A DNA stretch of 64,000 nucleotides, from the NCBI RefSeq assembly GCF_009914755.1, contig NC_060947.1. One strand, given 5' to 3'. Shown here in pieces: positions 48,101 to 63,399 of the stretch. The notes below the pieces were generated by a model, which was given only the letters and a program-made list of their open reading frames with translations, did no database searches and was not told where the DNA came from. Position 1 is the stretch's first letter. The number at the start of each line of letters is the position of its first letter. This stretch comes from the human T2T-CHM13v2.0 reference genome, Homo sapiens. A program made the translations under genes and the position numbers.

Positions 48101-48659
48101 AAAGACACATAGACCAATGGAACAGAATAGAGAACCCAGAAATAAATCCATACATCTTCAATGAACTCATTTTTTACAAAGGTGCCAAGAATATGCATTA
48201 GGGAAAGGACAGTCTCTTCAATAAATCATGCTGAGAAAACTGGGTATCCATATGCAGAAGAATGAAAGTAGACCCCTATCTCTCACCATATAGAAACATC
48301 AAATCAAAATGGATTAAAGACATAAATCTAAGACCTCAAACTATGAAACTTCTAAAAGAAAACATTGGGGAAAGACTCCAGAATATTGGTCTAGGCAAAG
48401 ATTTCTTGAGCAATACCTGATAAGCACAGACAACCAAAGCAAAAATGGACAAATGGGATCACATCAAGTTAAAAAGTTTCTACACAGCAAAGAAAACAAT
48501 CAACAAAATGAAGAGACAACGATAGATGGATAATTTGCATCTATTTTTTCCCACATGTAAACCATCCATCTGACAAGTGATTAATAACCAAAATATGTAA
48601 GGAGCTCAGCAACTCTATAGAAAAAATTCTAATAATCCAATTAAGAAATGGGCAAAACA

Positions 48660-48965
<306 letters not shown>

Positions 48966-49088
48966 GAAATGGGCAAACTATCTGAATAGACATTTCTCAA
49001 AAGAAGACATACATATGGCAAACAGGCCAATAAAAAGGTGGCTGATATCATTGATCATTAGAGAAATGCAAATCAAAACTACACTGAG

Positions 49089-49420
<332 letters not shown>

Positions 49421-51104
49421 TCAGTTAAAATGGCTTTTATCCAAAAGACAGGCAATAACTAATGTTGGCAAGGATGTAGATAAAAGGAAACCCTTGTCCA
49501 CTGTTGGTGGAACGTAAATTAGTACCACTACTATGGAGAACAGTTTGGCAATTCCTCAACAAACTAAAAATAGAGCTACCATATGATCCAGCAATCCCAC
49601 TGCTAATTACAAACCCCAAAGAAAGAAAATCTATGTATCAAAGAGGTATCTGCAATCCCATGTTTATTGCAGCACTATTCAATAGCCAAGATTTGGAAGC
49701 AACCTAAGTGTCCATCAACAGATGAATGGATAAAGAAGATGTAGTACATATACACAATGGAGTACTATTTAACTACAAAAAGAATGTGATCTTGTCAATT
49801 GCAACAACATGGATGGAACTGGAGGACATTGTGTTAAGTGAAATAAGCCAGGCACAGAAAGATAAACTTCACATGTTCTCACTTATTTGTGGGAGCTAAA
49901 AATTAAAATGATTGAACTCATGGAGACAGATGGTAGAATGATGGCTACCAGAGGCTGGGAAGGGTAGCTGGGTAGGGAGAAGTGGGGATGGTTAATGAGT
50001 ACAAAACTACAGTTAGATAGAATAAATAAGATCTATTATTTGATAGCACAACAGGAGCAACTATAGTTAATAACAACTTAGTTGTACATTTTAAAATAAC
50101 TTAAAGAGTATAATTAGATTGCTTGTAACTCAAAGGATAAATGCTTGAGGGGATGGACACCCCATTCTCCATGATGTGCTTATTTCCAATTACATGTCTG
50201 TATCTAAACAGCTCATGTATCCCATAAATATATACACCTACTATGTGCCCACAAAAATTATAAATAAATAAAAAGCAGAAAAAGAATATATTCCCCATGA
50301 GAAGGTGGAATCCCAAAGAAATGGAAGAAGACAAATTAGTAAGGAAAACAGAGAGAACGGTAGGAGGGAAACTATGAGAATTGTGAGATAAAAGCTAAAA
50401 AGGAAGAGTAGTTCAACAGCATTCAACAAATTCAAGACCAAGTAAGATACATCTACTTGATTTAACAATTGTAATATGAGTGGTGACCTTTACCAAGAGC
50501 AGTTTCAATATCAGTGGGGAGAACTTTACTGCAGTGGCTTGAAAAACAAAACAAAAATAAATAAATTATTTCAAGATCTTGTGAGGAATGCAAATACAGC
50601 AGGGAGTTACTCTGGGGTAAAGATGGCCTTTCAAACAAGTAAGAGAAGGGGGGATGATTGAATAAGTGATTTCAGGACAACTGGGTAGCCATTTGGTTGT
50701 GTTTATTTTTTTTAAAAAGCAGAGGTTATCCACTATTTCACTTGTTGCCCTGAAATACATTCCAGAAGGATCAAAATTTAAAGGTAACAAAATGAAGCTG
50801 AAAGAGTACCAAAAGAAAACCTAAGTGAAATTATTTATAATCATGCAGTGAAGAAGGCAAGCAGCACCCAAATATCAGAAATCATAACAGACTATTCAAT
50901 CTGATCATAGAAAAAAATTAAAACTCTGTACTTCAAATATGCCAAGGCCCTCAGGCAACTGATAAACTAGGAAAAATAATTCATAACACACATGACAGGC
51001 AACAAAGGGCTAATAATTTTAACTTACACAAATTAGTGAAAACAATAACATATAATGGTAAAATAAGGAAATAATATAAGCAAGAAGCACATATAAAACC
51101 AATA

Positions 51105-51197
51105 TTAGGTTGGTGTGAAAGCTATTGCAGTTTTTGCCATTAAAACTGCAATTACTTTTAATGACAAAAACCGCAATTACTTTCGCACCAACCATAA
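51105..51197. mobile_element. MADE1 MITE (Hsmar1-derived palindrome)
   Basis: ttaggttggtgtgaaagctattgcagtttttgccatta ... taatgacaaaaaccgcaattactttcgcaccaacc(a)taa, flanked by TA. Confidence 0.92.
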
Positions 51198-53606
51198 TAG
51201 AAACAGGAAACAAATAAATGCTATTTTAATTGAGGCACTGTTTTCACCTATGAATTCACACACATGTGCATGCACATGCACAACACATAAAGCCTGTTTA
51301 TAGCCTTTATTTGTGAGAAGGAATATGAGATGGGAGAGATGTTTACTTTTAATCCTGTATTTTTTTTGCTCAATTGATTTTGAAATAAAAAGACAAAAAG
51401 GATCTGGTAAAAAAGAGTAAGGAGAGGCCGTGGGCTCGAAGGGAAACCAGGAAGGTGTGGTAACCCAGAAGACAAAATAAGGTGTTATATGAAGAAAAGA
51501 GTAAGCAAGTGTGTCAGATGTTGCTGAGAGATTAAGTAAGGAAGTGAGAAATGACAACTTAGTGTAGTGACAGAGAGGCAACTGGAGACCTTGTTAAGTA
51601 AGACTGGGTTGTGTGGAGTAATGGAGATGAGCTGATTAGTATGAGTTTAAGAATTAGAAGGGAGAGAGGAAATAAGTACACAACTCTTACAAGGAGTGTT
51701 CCTTTAATAGAGAGTAGAGAAATGGGTGGCAGTTGGATGAGACATAATGTACAAGTAGTTAATGTTTTGTTTTATTTTGTTTTCATAATAGGAGATACTA
51801 GAGCAGGTAAATCTGAATAGCATTACATTAGACAAAAATGTAAACTGAAGAAGTAAACAAGTACACATATGTACACACATATACATACACACTCACACAC
51901 ACATACACACAGATATAGAAAAAGGACAAAAATAATAAGGGAAATGATAAATACCAAATTTTGGACAGTAGTTCCCCCAGGAGAGGATAGTAGGAAAATG
52001 CAATTGTGGAAGGATACTCTAGGAGCTTCACCTGTATCTTTTTTTGTTGAGGATCTAAAACAAAAATGGCAAAATTTTGAGGTTTTACACAGCTACATGG
52101 TGGCTACATGGGCAACTGTTATATTGTACTTTTCTGCATGTTTGGAATTTTCTAATAAAGAAGAAACAAAAAAAGTAGAAAATATTATTTCTGCCCTGAA
52201 GTCGGGACTATGTAGATGTGCAGACGGGATATGACATAGAAAGGCCAACATTTTTTTTAAAGAGCTTTCAAAGAAATAAAACCAGACAGAACAAAAATAT
52301 AACGAGACAAGTATTGTAATTAAAAATGCACACTTTCCCCTGGCCATGACACCCTCATGAATAAAAGGGAAACTAATCATTACTCAGAGCACATACCTGC
52401 CAACGACCTAATTGTAGTTTTGCCCTTAAAATATTCAATATAGCTCACCAGAAACAAAACTGACAAAACTGCTTATGATAGTTGAGATATCTTGCATAAG
52501 TTCAAGCAATTTTATTCATAAGTATTTAAGTAATTCACAAATCTAATATTTCTCAAGCACCTATCTTAGATAATATTTCAAATAAAGATTCCAGTTTATG
52601 ACCTAGCGTTTAATTAAAACCCACTGTATCACTCTTTCCTACTCTGTCCAAAAACTAATAGCTTTAAAATAATCAGATTTGAGATATCCTTAGCCAATTT
52701 CACACTACATAAGGTAAGTCTCACTTATGAATTAAACTGATGCTATATAAAAGAAATTTTAGGAGTTTCTCTAGTACTCTGTCTTCAAATAAAATTTTGA
52801 TAAGTACTGTGGTAAGAAAAGAAAACTGACAGAAAGGATTAGTGAAAAATGCTAAACACGACAAAATCAAAAAACCGCAAAATCTAGAAAAACTGCACAT
52901 AATTGCACTCCTCTAAATTAAATTATATATAGCAGCATTACAAAAATTCAAAATCATCTTGAAAATGCAAAATCTGAAGTTTAACAGAATTGTGTTCTTT
53001 AAAAAATAGTTTGTTAGACAAAAGTTGATTTTTTTAAATGTCCCAGAGTGTTAGATCATAGAATCATTTAGCTTATTCTCCTCTCCCACCTGTGGCACTA
53101 AAGAGGTCTTATCCTAAAATACCTGAGCACTAACTGTTGCATTGAGTGGTGATTCTTCACTACAGTAAATCTAAAAATTGATAGGTCTATCTGGTATGCT
53201 CCCACACACGCACCCTAACAAAATAACAGTTGCACTATACTAAAGGTTGCAGCTAAAGCCTATTTCAGAACGCTCATTTTAAGTACATGATCAGCCTGCC
53301 TGGTTTCCCCTTGACCAGCATCTTATGCTACAACTAGGGGGTCCAGAGAGGTATGTTCACAGCTACTTTTAGGTCTAAACTCCTACCAAAAAGACTGGAT
53401 TCCCATGTTTCTTAGGTTTCTCCCTTTTCCTGGCCAAGTGCCAGAGTGGCTGACACACTCTTCTCAACAATTTCAGCTTCCCTTCTATAGTCACTGAAGC
53501 AATCTGCCCATGTCACCACCATGTGGTCACTATCATTGTACTTCATGTTGGCTATAGGTATACACCATACACCATGCAGTTCCACTGCTTAATATCATTC
53601 CTCCCG

Positions 53607-53752
53607 TCTTTTCTTTCTTTCTTTTTTTCTTTTTAGACAGGAGAGTCTCACTATATTGCTCAGGCTTGTCTCAAACTCTTGGCCTCAAGCAGTCCTCCTG
53701 TCTCGGCCTCCCAAAGTGTTGGGATTATGGGCATAAGCCACCACACCTGGCC
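53607..53752 (-). mobile_element. FLAM / Alu monomer (antisense)
   Basis: T-rich tail followed by gagtctcactatattgctcaggct...cctcccaaagtgttgggatta...cctggcc. Confidence 0.88.
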
Positions 53753-54400
53753 TCCTTCTTTCCTGACAAGATCCCTTGGTAGTCCCTTCTCATGTTGTCA
53801 TTCATAATAGGCTTTAGGAATGCCTTTGAGGTATATTGTTGGCTCATGGTATCATCTGACTCATCATTGCAATTGGCTTTTTTGCCAATATTGAAAGTAT
53901 TATCCTTGTATTAATGCAATTCTATATGATTTTCTAATGGTGGTGACCCTCATATGGCAAAGACTGAACTTCATCTTACAAACATTCATTAAGTATCAAA
54001 TGCCAGGCTTAGGCTTAGCTGTCTTTATTTCTTTCAATTTCATAATGTTACAATTCTTACTTATCTATAGGAGTGATCTTTGAATCAGACTTCCCTCTGT
54101 CAACCACTAAAATCCTCACCCTAAATTGTATACTTAATTTCCTTCTTTCTTTCCTTCTCTCTCTCTCTCTCTGATTTACTTTTTCCTTATTCACCTAATT
54201 AAGGAATTAAGAAATTAAGGAATAATTCATGTCTCATCATTCCCCTCCCATCTTACCCATGGATGTTAACGATTTGTCTCAGCCTATTCAGTCAGTGCTC
54301 ATTCTATGTAATCCACTGAGCCCTGATACACACACATCTTGCAATTTAAAAAATGTGAGAAATGAAAATATGAGCAAGACAGCATAAAATTATTATTTAC

Positions 54401-54555
54401 ATCAGTGGTCTCCAAACTTGAGCATACATCAGAGTTTGGAGACATGTGAAGCACAAATTGCTGGAAAGAGTTTCTCCTTCAGTTGGTGTGGGATCGGTCT
54501 AGAGAATCTGCATTGCTAACAAGTTCCTGAGGAATGTTGCTGCTGCAGGATCATA
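54401..54555. mobile_element. MER5A (hAT-Charlie) relic
   Basis: cagtggtctccaaacttgagcatacatcaga...gaatctgcattgctaacaagttcc. Confidence 0.7.
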
Positions 54556-54825
54556 AATGATTGTCTAAAAATTAATGATTTATAGGTAACATAAGGTTTA
54601 TGGAAAATGCAAAAGTATCAACTGAAAAATTAGCACAATGAGAGGCCCATTACAAGAATGTCAGGTCCATGAAAACAAGGATTTCTTATATTCCACCAAT
54701 ATCATATTCTATAAGTACTGGAAAAAATACCACCTACCTGAGAGCAGCAAAGTTTGTAAAAAAAAAAAAAACTTACAAATGTGCTTTAAAAGATGTATGA
54801 AAGACATATGAAAAATAAAATTTAT

Positions 54826-55138
54826 GGCCGGGTACGGTGGCTCACACCTGTAATCCCAGCACTTTGGGAGGCTGAGGTGGGCAGATCACGAGGTCAGGAG
54901 ATCAAGACCATCCTGGCTAACCTGGTGAAACCCCGTATCTACTGAAAATACAAAAAAATTGGCCGGGCGTGGTGGCGGGCACCTGTAGTCCCAGCTACTC
55001 AGGAGGCCGAGGCAGGAGAATGGCATGAACCTGGGAGGCAGAGCTTGCAGTGAGCCGAGATTGCACCACTGCACTCCAGCCTGGGCGACAGAGTGAGACT
55101 TCATCTCAAAAAAAGTAATAAATAAATAAATAAAAAGA
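54826..55138 (+). mobile_element. AluY-like
   Basis: Full dimer. TSD aaaaataaaattt(t)atgg. Confidence 0.95.
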
Positions 55139-55797
55139 AAAATAAAATTTTATGGAAGCACATAAAAGAATAAATGACCCTGAATAAATGGAAACACACA
55201 CACTCACGCGCACATACACACACACACACACCATATCCAGGAACAGACAAACTCAAAATCATAAAGATGCAAACTTCCCTCAAATTGAATACACAAATTC
55301 AATACAATTTCAATCAAATTCCCTAAAAGAGTCAGATTTTTTGTGGAGAAGGTGGACATTTTGTACGTTGAATCTGTAGTTCATTGGGAGAACTGAACAC
55401 ATAAAAATTGTCCAATAAGCTTAAAAAAGAAAAATAAGCAATAAACATCATGGCTGGTGTTTGGGGAGGGTGGTTGTGGAGGCAGAGGCAAGGAAACTTT
55501 TTCCAGTGGATATTAAAATGTAGTAAAAAATATATATAGTAACTATTACAGTGTGGTACTAGTGTGGGAACAGACAGAGGAATGAACAGAGTCGAATCTA
55601 AAAATAGATCAAAATACATATGGTTATTAACTATATCATGAATGTGGCAATTGAAATCAGTAGGAAGATAAAACTTCTCAAAAAACACTTTAGGGGAAAC
55701 TGGCTATGCTGGGGAGAGGAGATTAAAATCCTATCTATACCATATGTTTCAGATAGATTAAATATTGCAATATGAAAAAATCGTAAAAGAAGTAGAG

Positions 55798-56103
55798 GGC
55801 CGGGTGCGGTGGCTCACGCCTGTAATCCCAGCACTTTGGGAGGCTGAGGCGGGCGGATCACGAAGGTCAGGAGATCGAGACCATCCTGGCTAACACAGTG
55901 AAACCCCGTCTCTACTAAAAAAAAAAAAAATACAAAAAATTAGCCAGGCGTGGTGGCAGGCGCCTATAGTCCCAGCTAGGCGGGAGGCTGAGGCAGGAGA
56001 ATGGCATGAATCTGGGAGGCAGAGCTTGCAGTGAGCGGAGATGCGCCACTGCACTCCAGCCTGGGCGACAGAGCAAGACTCCGTCTCAAAAAAAAAAAAA
56101 AAA
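55798..56103 (+). mobile_element. AluY
   Basis: CpG-rich with AluY diagnostics. TSD aaaag(a/t)agtagag. Confidence 0.95.
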
Positions 56104-56111
56104 GTAGTAGA

Positions 56112-56407
<296 letters not shown>

Positions 56408-56669
56408 CTAGAAGACAGATAAAGGAGAATTTTTTAAAACAATTTTTAATGAGTCACAAAATCTTTCTAAGGGTTGACACAAAACTTAGAGCCCATAAAG
56501 AAAATAATGTTTAAGTTTGCTGGTTACAAAAAGTTGCAATTGTATATGGTACAAAACACCATAAACATAATTAAGAAGAGGCATGGGGGTGTGAGATTGG
56601 AAGCCAGGAGATGTGCAACATAGGCAAATGTTTAATATTCATTATACATAAAATATTCTAAAAACATAA

Positions 56670-57218
56670 CAGAAATACCATTTGACCCAGCCATCCCATT
56701 ACTGGGTATATACCCAAAGGATTATAAAACATGCTGCTATAAAGACGCATGCACACGTATATTTATTGCAGCACTATTCACAATAGCAAAGACTTGGAAC
56801 CAACCCAAATGTCCAACAATGATAGACTGGATTAAGAAAATGTGGCACATATACACCACGGAATACTATGCAGCCATAAAAAATGATGAGTTCATGTCCT
56901 TTGTAGGAACATGGATGAAACTGGAAACCATCATTCTCAGCAAACTATTGCAAGGACAAAAAACCAAACACCGAATGTTCTCACTCATAGGTGGGAATTG
57001 AACAATGAGAACACATGGACACAGGAAGGGGAACATCACACACTGGGGCCTGTTGTGGGGTGGGGCGAGGTGGGAGGGATAGCATTAGGAGATATACCTA
57101 ATGTTAAATGAAGAGTTAATGGGTGCAGCACACCAACATGGCACATGCATACATATGTAATAAACCTGCACGTTGTGCACGTGTACCCTAAAACTTAAAG
57201 TATAATAATAAAAAAAAG
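56670..57218 (+). mobile_element. 5'-truncated L1PA4/5
   Basis: ORF2 C-terminus plus 3'UTR. TSD aaaacataa at 56661-69 and 57219-27. Confidence 0.93.
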
Positions 57219-57329
57219 AAAACATAATGAAACAAAGGTGAGCAATCCTGTGAGCAAATATTTCAACAGGCCTTTCACAGAAGAATGGCAATAAAAAGAA
57301 TAAGCATAAGAAAAGATGTCCAATCTCAA

Positions 57330-57331
<2 letters not shown>

Positions 57332-57386
<55 letters not shown>

Positions 57387-57414
57387 GGAGAGGAGAGAGA
57401 GAGAGAGAGAGAGG

Positions 57415-57472
<58 letters not shown>
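57332..57472. repeat. Compound (GT)n(GA)n microsatellite
   Basis: About 17 GT units followed by about 105 nt of interrupted GA repeat. Confidence 0.95.
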
Positions 57473-57480
<8 letters not shown>

Positions 57481-59118
57481 GAAAATCTGAAACCACAGAA
57501 TATAAAACACCTCTCAGGGTCCTAGTTACCATGGAAAATCCTATTTCTCCCACAATAAATTACAAACAAGAAAAAGACAATGAAGGAGAAAGAAGAAAAA
57601 CGCTTACAAAAGATTTTAAGTGGAAATCTATAGATAAATTGAGTGAAGATAAAAAACTGCTGAGCATTTTATAGGGAAAACTAAGTGGCTTCATGTATTA
57701 AAGCTTTCAATTTGGGATGCGTTTAAGCAAGCAGGTGCAGGTTGTTTCTTTTTTTCCTCATCTCCATGCTAACAAGCTATAATTCAATTTGCCCTCCATG
57801 TTCCAAAGGGTAAAATTCTTAAGTGCTTTTATATTACAGTGATCACCTTATCAGAAAGCTGTTTATCCAAGCAAAATGAGATTCACAAACTATCTTAAAA
57901 CAAAAATGCCTATATCTCTAATATAATAAAATATTATTAAGTTCCAAGTAACTCTTGAAATCTAGATGCAAGCAGCATTTTTATAACATGATATTCTTCT
58001 AGTATAGTAAAAGAAAAAAAAACATCATTTTGCTTTCTTTGTGCAAGAGGTCTTTAAGCTGAAGAATTCTGGTTTTTAAGTGAATCTATAGCTGAAATCT
58101 AAAGTCCGTGCTCAAACACTAAGCAACATCTAAATAACAACAAGAAGACATAAAAGTATTTCTTTATCAATGACAAGTTTATTATCACATTTCTTAAAAA
58201 ATAAGTATTAATCTTTTGCTAAAATGACATAGGCTAATATGAATTAAGAACCCTCTTTAAGGTCCACTCTGATTTATACATCACAATCAGTCTTAGAAAT
58301 ATTGTGAGTACTGTATTAAATTATAAACTGCCTCCTTAGGAGTTTATCATATTCCTCAATATTACATTAAAAAGACAAAGTATTTCCCTCTAAATAGATG
58401 AAATACTGTTTAACATCCTATTCGATCAAAAGCCACAAGTCAATTAAATGTAAAACAATTAAAACCTGTTCTGATAAAATTCATATAGTCAATGTACTAG
58501 AGTTTTAACTCTTTTTAGTAAGTGATTTTCAAATATGGTAAAAAAAAAAAAACTGGCAAATCACCAGTCAGAACTCCTTAGAAAGCAGTATTTCAGATAC
58601 AAATCTTTCCAGCAGAAATCACCATGTTACTAAATTAGGTCACTCTACTTTTACTGTGCAAGGGATTCAAGGGAGTACAGCATGCAGGTCTGAATAAAGG
58701 TAACAGTTTTTCTGGATCTATAACAAATATTTTTAGCAAATTTAAGAAAATGACAGAAGACATAAAGAGAAGTGTAGGTAGCTCTATCTTTTCTACAATC
58801 TTCATAGCCACAGTAGAAACCATCTTATGGAACACATTCAGACCCACAGTTCAACAATAGATCAAAAAAGTTAAAGTAGGATATGGTTTACTTTATCATT
58901 TGATATAGAACTAAGGCTGTTGATTTGCACAAATGCCTGTTAATTAAATCTTGGCATGGCATCTTAAAATTAACCTCACTACCATGATGAATGCATGAAC
59001 TGTCAGTTACAGATTTGGTTTCTTTAAAACAGATATAGAATATAAAGACACTTGCAAAACAATCTGAATTCAGAATCTTTAGGACTTTTTACAATTTCCC
59101 CCAAATCTTCTATAACCA

Positions 59119-59375
59119 CAGGGCCAAAACTGATGTAAAGTAAGTGAGGGTCTCACCTCAACCACAGAAATTTAAGGGGTTGCAAAAAAAATTCAGTAAT
59201 AAAGATGAATATGCTAGGCATAGTGGCTCATATCTGAAATCCCAGCAACTCAGGAGGCTGAGGCAGGAGGATTACTTGAGCCCAGGAGTTTGAGACCAGC
59301 CTGGCCAACACAGCAAGACCCTCAGCTCTAAGAAAGAAAGATGAATAATAATTTAATGTAATATTTTTAAAAGTC
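59119..59375 (+). mobile_element. MER96B-like hAT fragment interrupted by a FLAM (59213-59336)
   Basis: cagggccaaaact...aaatttaagggg...tcagtaataaagat. FLAM TSD aaagatgaata at 59201-11 and 59337-47. Confidence 0.7.
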
Positions 59376-60281
59376 TACAACACTATACTTGATGATAAAA
59401 CATTAGATGCTTGCCCCCTAAAATTAGGAACAAAACAAGGATGTCTGCTCTCACTACCTCTATTCAACATTGTGCTAGAAGCTCTATCCAGGGAAATTAA
59501 CCAAGAAAAGGAAATGAAATTCATCTTGGAAAACTCAGGGAAATAATTTTTAAAAGAAAAAAAGGCACCCATATTGGAAAGGAGGAAGTAAAACTATTTT
59601 TACTTTATTTTTTCAGAGCAGATGACATGAGCTTGTACGTAGAAAATCCTACAGAATTGATGGAAGACTATTAGAAGTAAAAAAATGAGTCCAGCAAAGT
59701 TGCAGGATACAAGATCAATATACAAAAATAGATTTTATTTCTATACATGTGCAATAAACAATCTGAAAACGAAATTTAAAACAATTCCATCAATGTAAAC
59801 ATAAAATACTTGGAAATAAATTTAACAGAAAAAGTACAAAATTTATATTCTGGCAACTATAAAACATTGCTGAAAAACAGAATAAGATCTAAATAAATGG
59901 GAAAACATACCATGTTCATGGATTGGAAGCCTTAATATTGTTAAGATGGTAATACTCCCCAAAGTGACCTGCAGATTTAACACAATCCTCATCAGACTCT
60001 CAACTGACTTATTTGTAGAAACTGACTAGCTAATTGTAAAAGTCATAATTAAGTACTCAAAAGCCACATGTAGCTAGTGGCTATTGTATCGGACAGGAAA
60101 GCCTTATCTGTCCTGGGTAAAAAAATACCTTTTTACCCTTTCAATTAATTTACAGTAGATAATATACTTACATAATAATTATTTATATTAAATTCTCTTT
60201 GTTCAAATAACTCATGTGATTTCTTTCTCTTGATTAGACCCTGGTTGATACATTTATTCAGGTAGTTTCATTATCAAGGCA

Positions 60282-60470
60282 GCATGGTAATAGGCCTTTA
60301 GAAGCTTAATGACATAGGTTCAGCTGTCACTTTCTAGCTGCACAAGCAAATTACTTCATCTCATTAATTCTCAGAATGTTACTAGGTAAAAATGGGGAGC
60401 CAATACCCACTTCCTCAAGTTTGTTGTGAGGATATATGAACAGCTGACATATAATAGGTGTTCAATATAT
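60282..60470 (+). mobile_element. MIR relic
   Basis: gcagcatggtaat...caaattacttcatctc...gtaaaaatgggg...gttgtgaggat...ggtgttcaata. Confidence 0.6.
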
Positions 60471-61115
60471 TTTACTTTTTTATTCATTTCTTTATTATCA
60501 GCCTCCGAGCACTTAAATCTATCTATCTCAGCTACAGCCTCCCAGAGTATTTATTCCCCTGTCAAAACCACACTGTACTTTGTCCCTGTTCCTTGGGACT
60601 TTTTTTCAGCAAAGATTAATCTTTAAAGGTAATCACAGCAGAACAAAGCTGGAAGACTCACACTTCCCAATTTCAAAACTTACTATAAAGCAGTGGTAAT
60701 CAAACAGTGTGGTGTTGGCACAAGGATAGATCAATGGAATAGAATTGAGAGTCCAGAAATAAAGCCACGTGTCTATGGTTAACTATTTTCCATAAGTGTT
60801 CCAAGACTGTTCATTGAGGAGAGGAAAGTCTCTTCAACATATGGTGCTGGCACAACTGGATAGTCACATGCAAAAGAATGAGGTATACACCATATACATA
60901 TACATTTGTGTATACCATATACAAATATTAACTAAAATGGATCAAAAACCTGTTAAGAGCTAAAACTCTTAGATAAAAACAAATTTTTATGACCTCACAT
61001 TTGGCAAAGGATTTTTAGACATGACACCAAAAGCATGAGCAACAATAGATAATTTGGACTTAATCAAAATGTAAAACTTGTGCATCACTGGACATTATCA
61101 AAAATGTGAAAAATC

Positions 61116-61451
<336 letters not shown>

Positions 61452-63399
61452 TCATATACCTGACAATAAATTATATGTAAGGATATACAGCAACAACAAC
61501 AATTTAAAACTGGACAGCTTCCTTTAGGCCCAAACAGTCATCTTCCAGTAATCTACCAAAATGATGAATACAAAGAGAAAGACAGGCACTGGTACACGTT
61601 TTCTAGGCTTTTTAGAAAACATGAAGTTATCCAATGTCAAAATAGCCAGAAGTGATGATGCCAGGAATCTAACCCAGGACTGTCTGATTTTAAAGCCTCT
61701 CCATTACATAGTGTTACCACCTTAGCCCTTTAAATTCTGATGTCAGCCCACTGTTTCTCATACTGATATCAATAATTGCAGCTCAAAGTCAACAGTCTAT
61801 TAACAGCTTTGATTTGTCTTCTAAATATGAAACTACAGAGTAGTATCTCCAGAAATCCCTTCCCCTACTCCCCCCCTCATTTTTATTTCTCTTACACACA
61901 CTAATTAATTAAAGTATGCCACACTAATTTAGTGCTCTGTCTTTATCAGCTTCCACCTTCCTATTATGCTCTACTTTATTTCATTCTACAGTTCCTCTCA
62001 GAGTTCCTAAACACCAAGTGCTTTCATAGTTCTCCACTCTTAAATCCATGGCTAGCGTCTTGATCTTTCAAAACAATTATAATCCTTTGCTATCCTGATG
62101 AGGTATTACTTCTTCTGGGTCAATAACTATAGCTCAGTTATGCAACGTGCCCAAATGCATGCTGGTCATGAATTTATCACCCAAAATATTTGTTGACTTT
62201 TCCTTTTAAACAGGATAAATTAAAGCACAATTTCTTTCATTAAGGCAGAAAGAATTTTACTTTCCAATAATAATCAATTGCAAAATGTCACTAAAACAAT
62301 CTACTGGAAAAGTACCTGAACTTCTGACTATTAAGCCAAACTATCCCTTTTAATAGACAGACTGAAAATTGACATCATTTTATAGTATGTCTAGAATGAA
62401 CCAATTTTGCAGTAACTTCATCTATTCAAAACACAGTAAAGAAACAAGTAAAAAAGAGGCCTCAGAGACAGAATAGATATCACAAAGCTCAAGCACAAAT
62501 GCACATTCATGTTAGTAACTGACGCACACCTTAGTCCTTCATGTACAATTCTAAATCTGTTTGGCCAACTGGTTTTGAGCATGCAAAAAATCAGAAGAAG
62601 GAGATAAGGAGCTGAAGGAAGGCACACTAAGGCATGACATAGAAGAAAATGCAAAAGCTGTTCAAGGAACATAAGAAGAGTACAACAATCCGGGATCATA
62701 TATTGTAGAAGCAAATAGTTCTACAAGTCTCAACAGATCCTACAGCATCTCTAAAACACTTTACTGTAACAGCTGTAATGACAGCCATGAGTCAGCAGGA
62801 AAAAATTTAACCAAAGTATTGAAAATGAAAAATACATTGATATTAAGGAGATAAAATCAGTTGTAAATAAAAATACAATAAAACAAAATTCTGGAACAGT
62901 TCATCTCCTAAGCATTTAAGAAATCTGAAGTTTTAACTGTTACAAGCAGCATCTTCACTTTTCTTCTCACGCTGTTTCCACTACAAATATAGCAAATTCC
63001 CTAAAGCTATATCAATCATCTTAACCCTGCTATCAACGTATAAGGGAGCACAGTCAATGATGACATCCATTTTAAGCGATTTGGGGGCTTACTAGGAAAT
63101 TTCACTCTATATCACTATAGAAATTCATTTTTAATGAAGAAAGTGCATTTCAGAGATACAAATTTTATCTAAACCTTCAATACCAGTAGTACAAATAATA
63201 TAGCAGACTATGTGCATTAAAATATAACTTCTTTTCCAAGCATCAGGACATGCACACACACCCCCAACTTGCTTTCAGGTAAGGCGTGCTTCAGGTTCTT
63301 GGTCCTACCAATTAAATGTTCCAAACTCCCTCTCTGGGCTACACTGACCTACAATATACCAGATGATGACCCTTCCATTCTCAGGGAAGAGACATTATA

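Noticed and set aside
57085-57674. ORFs of 129-141 aa with SL/ER/HT runs
   Set aside because: Translations of the (GT)n(GA)n microsatellite and the L1 3'UTR.
62418-62714. 98-aa hydrophobic minus-strand ORF (similarly 58635-58847)
   Set aside because: Non-ATG start, composition explained by the T-rich strand, and no recognisable domain or splice support.
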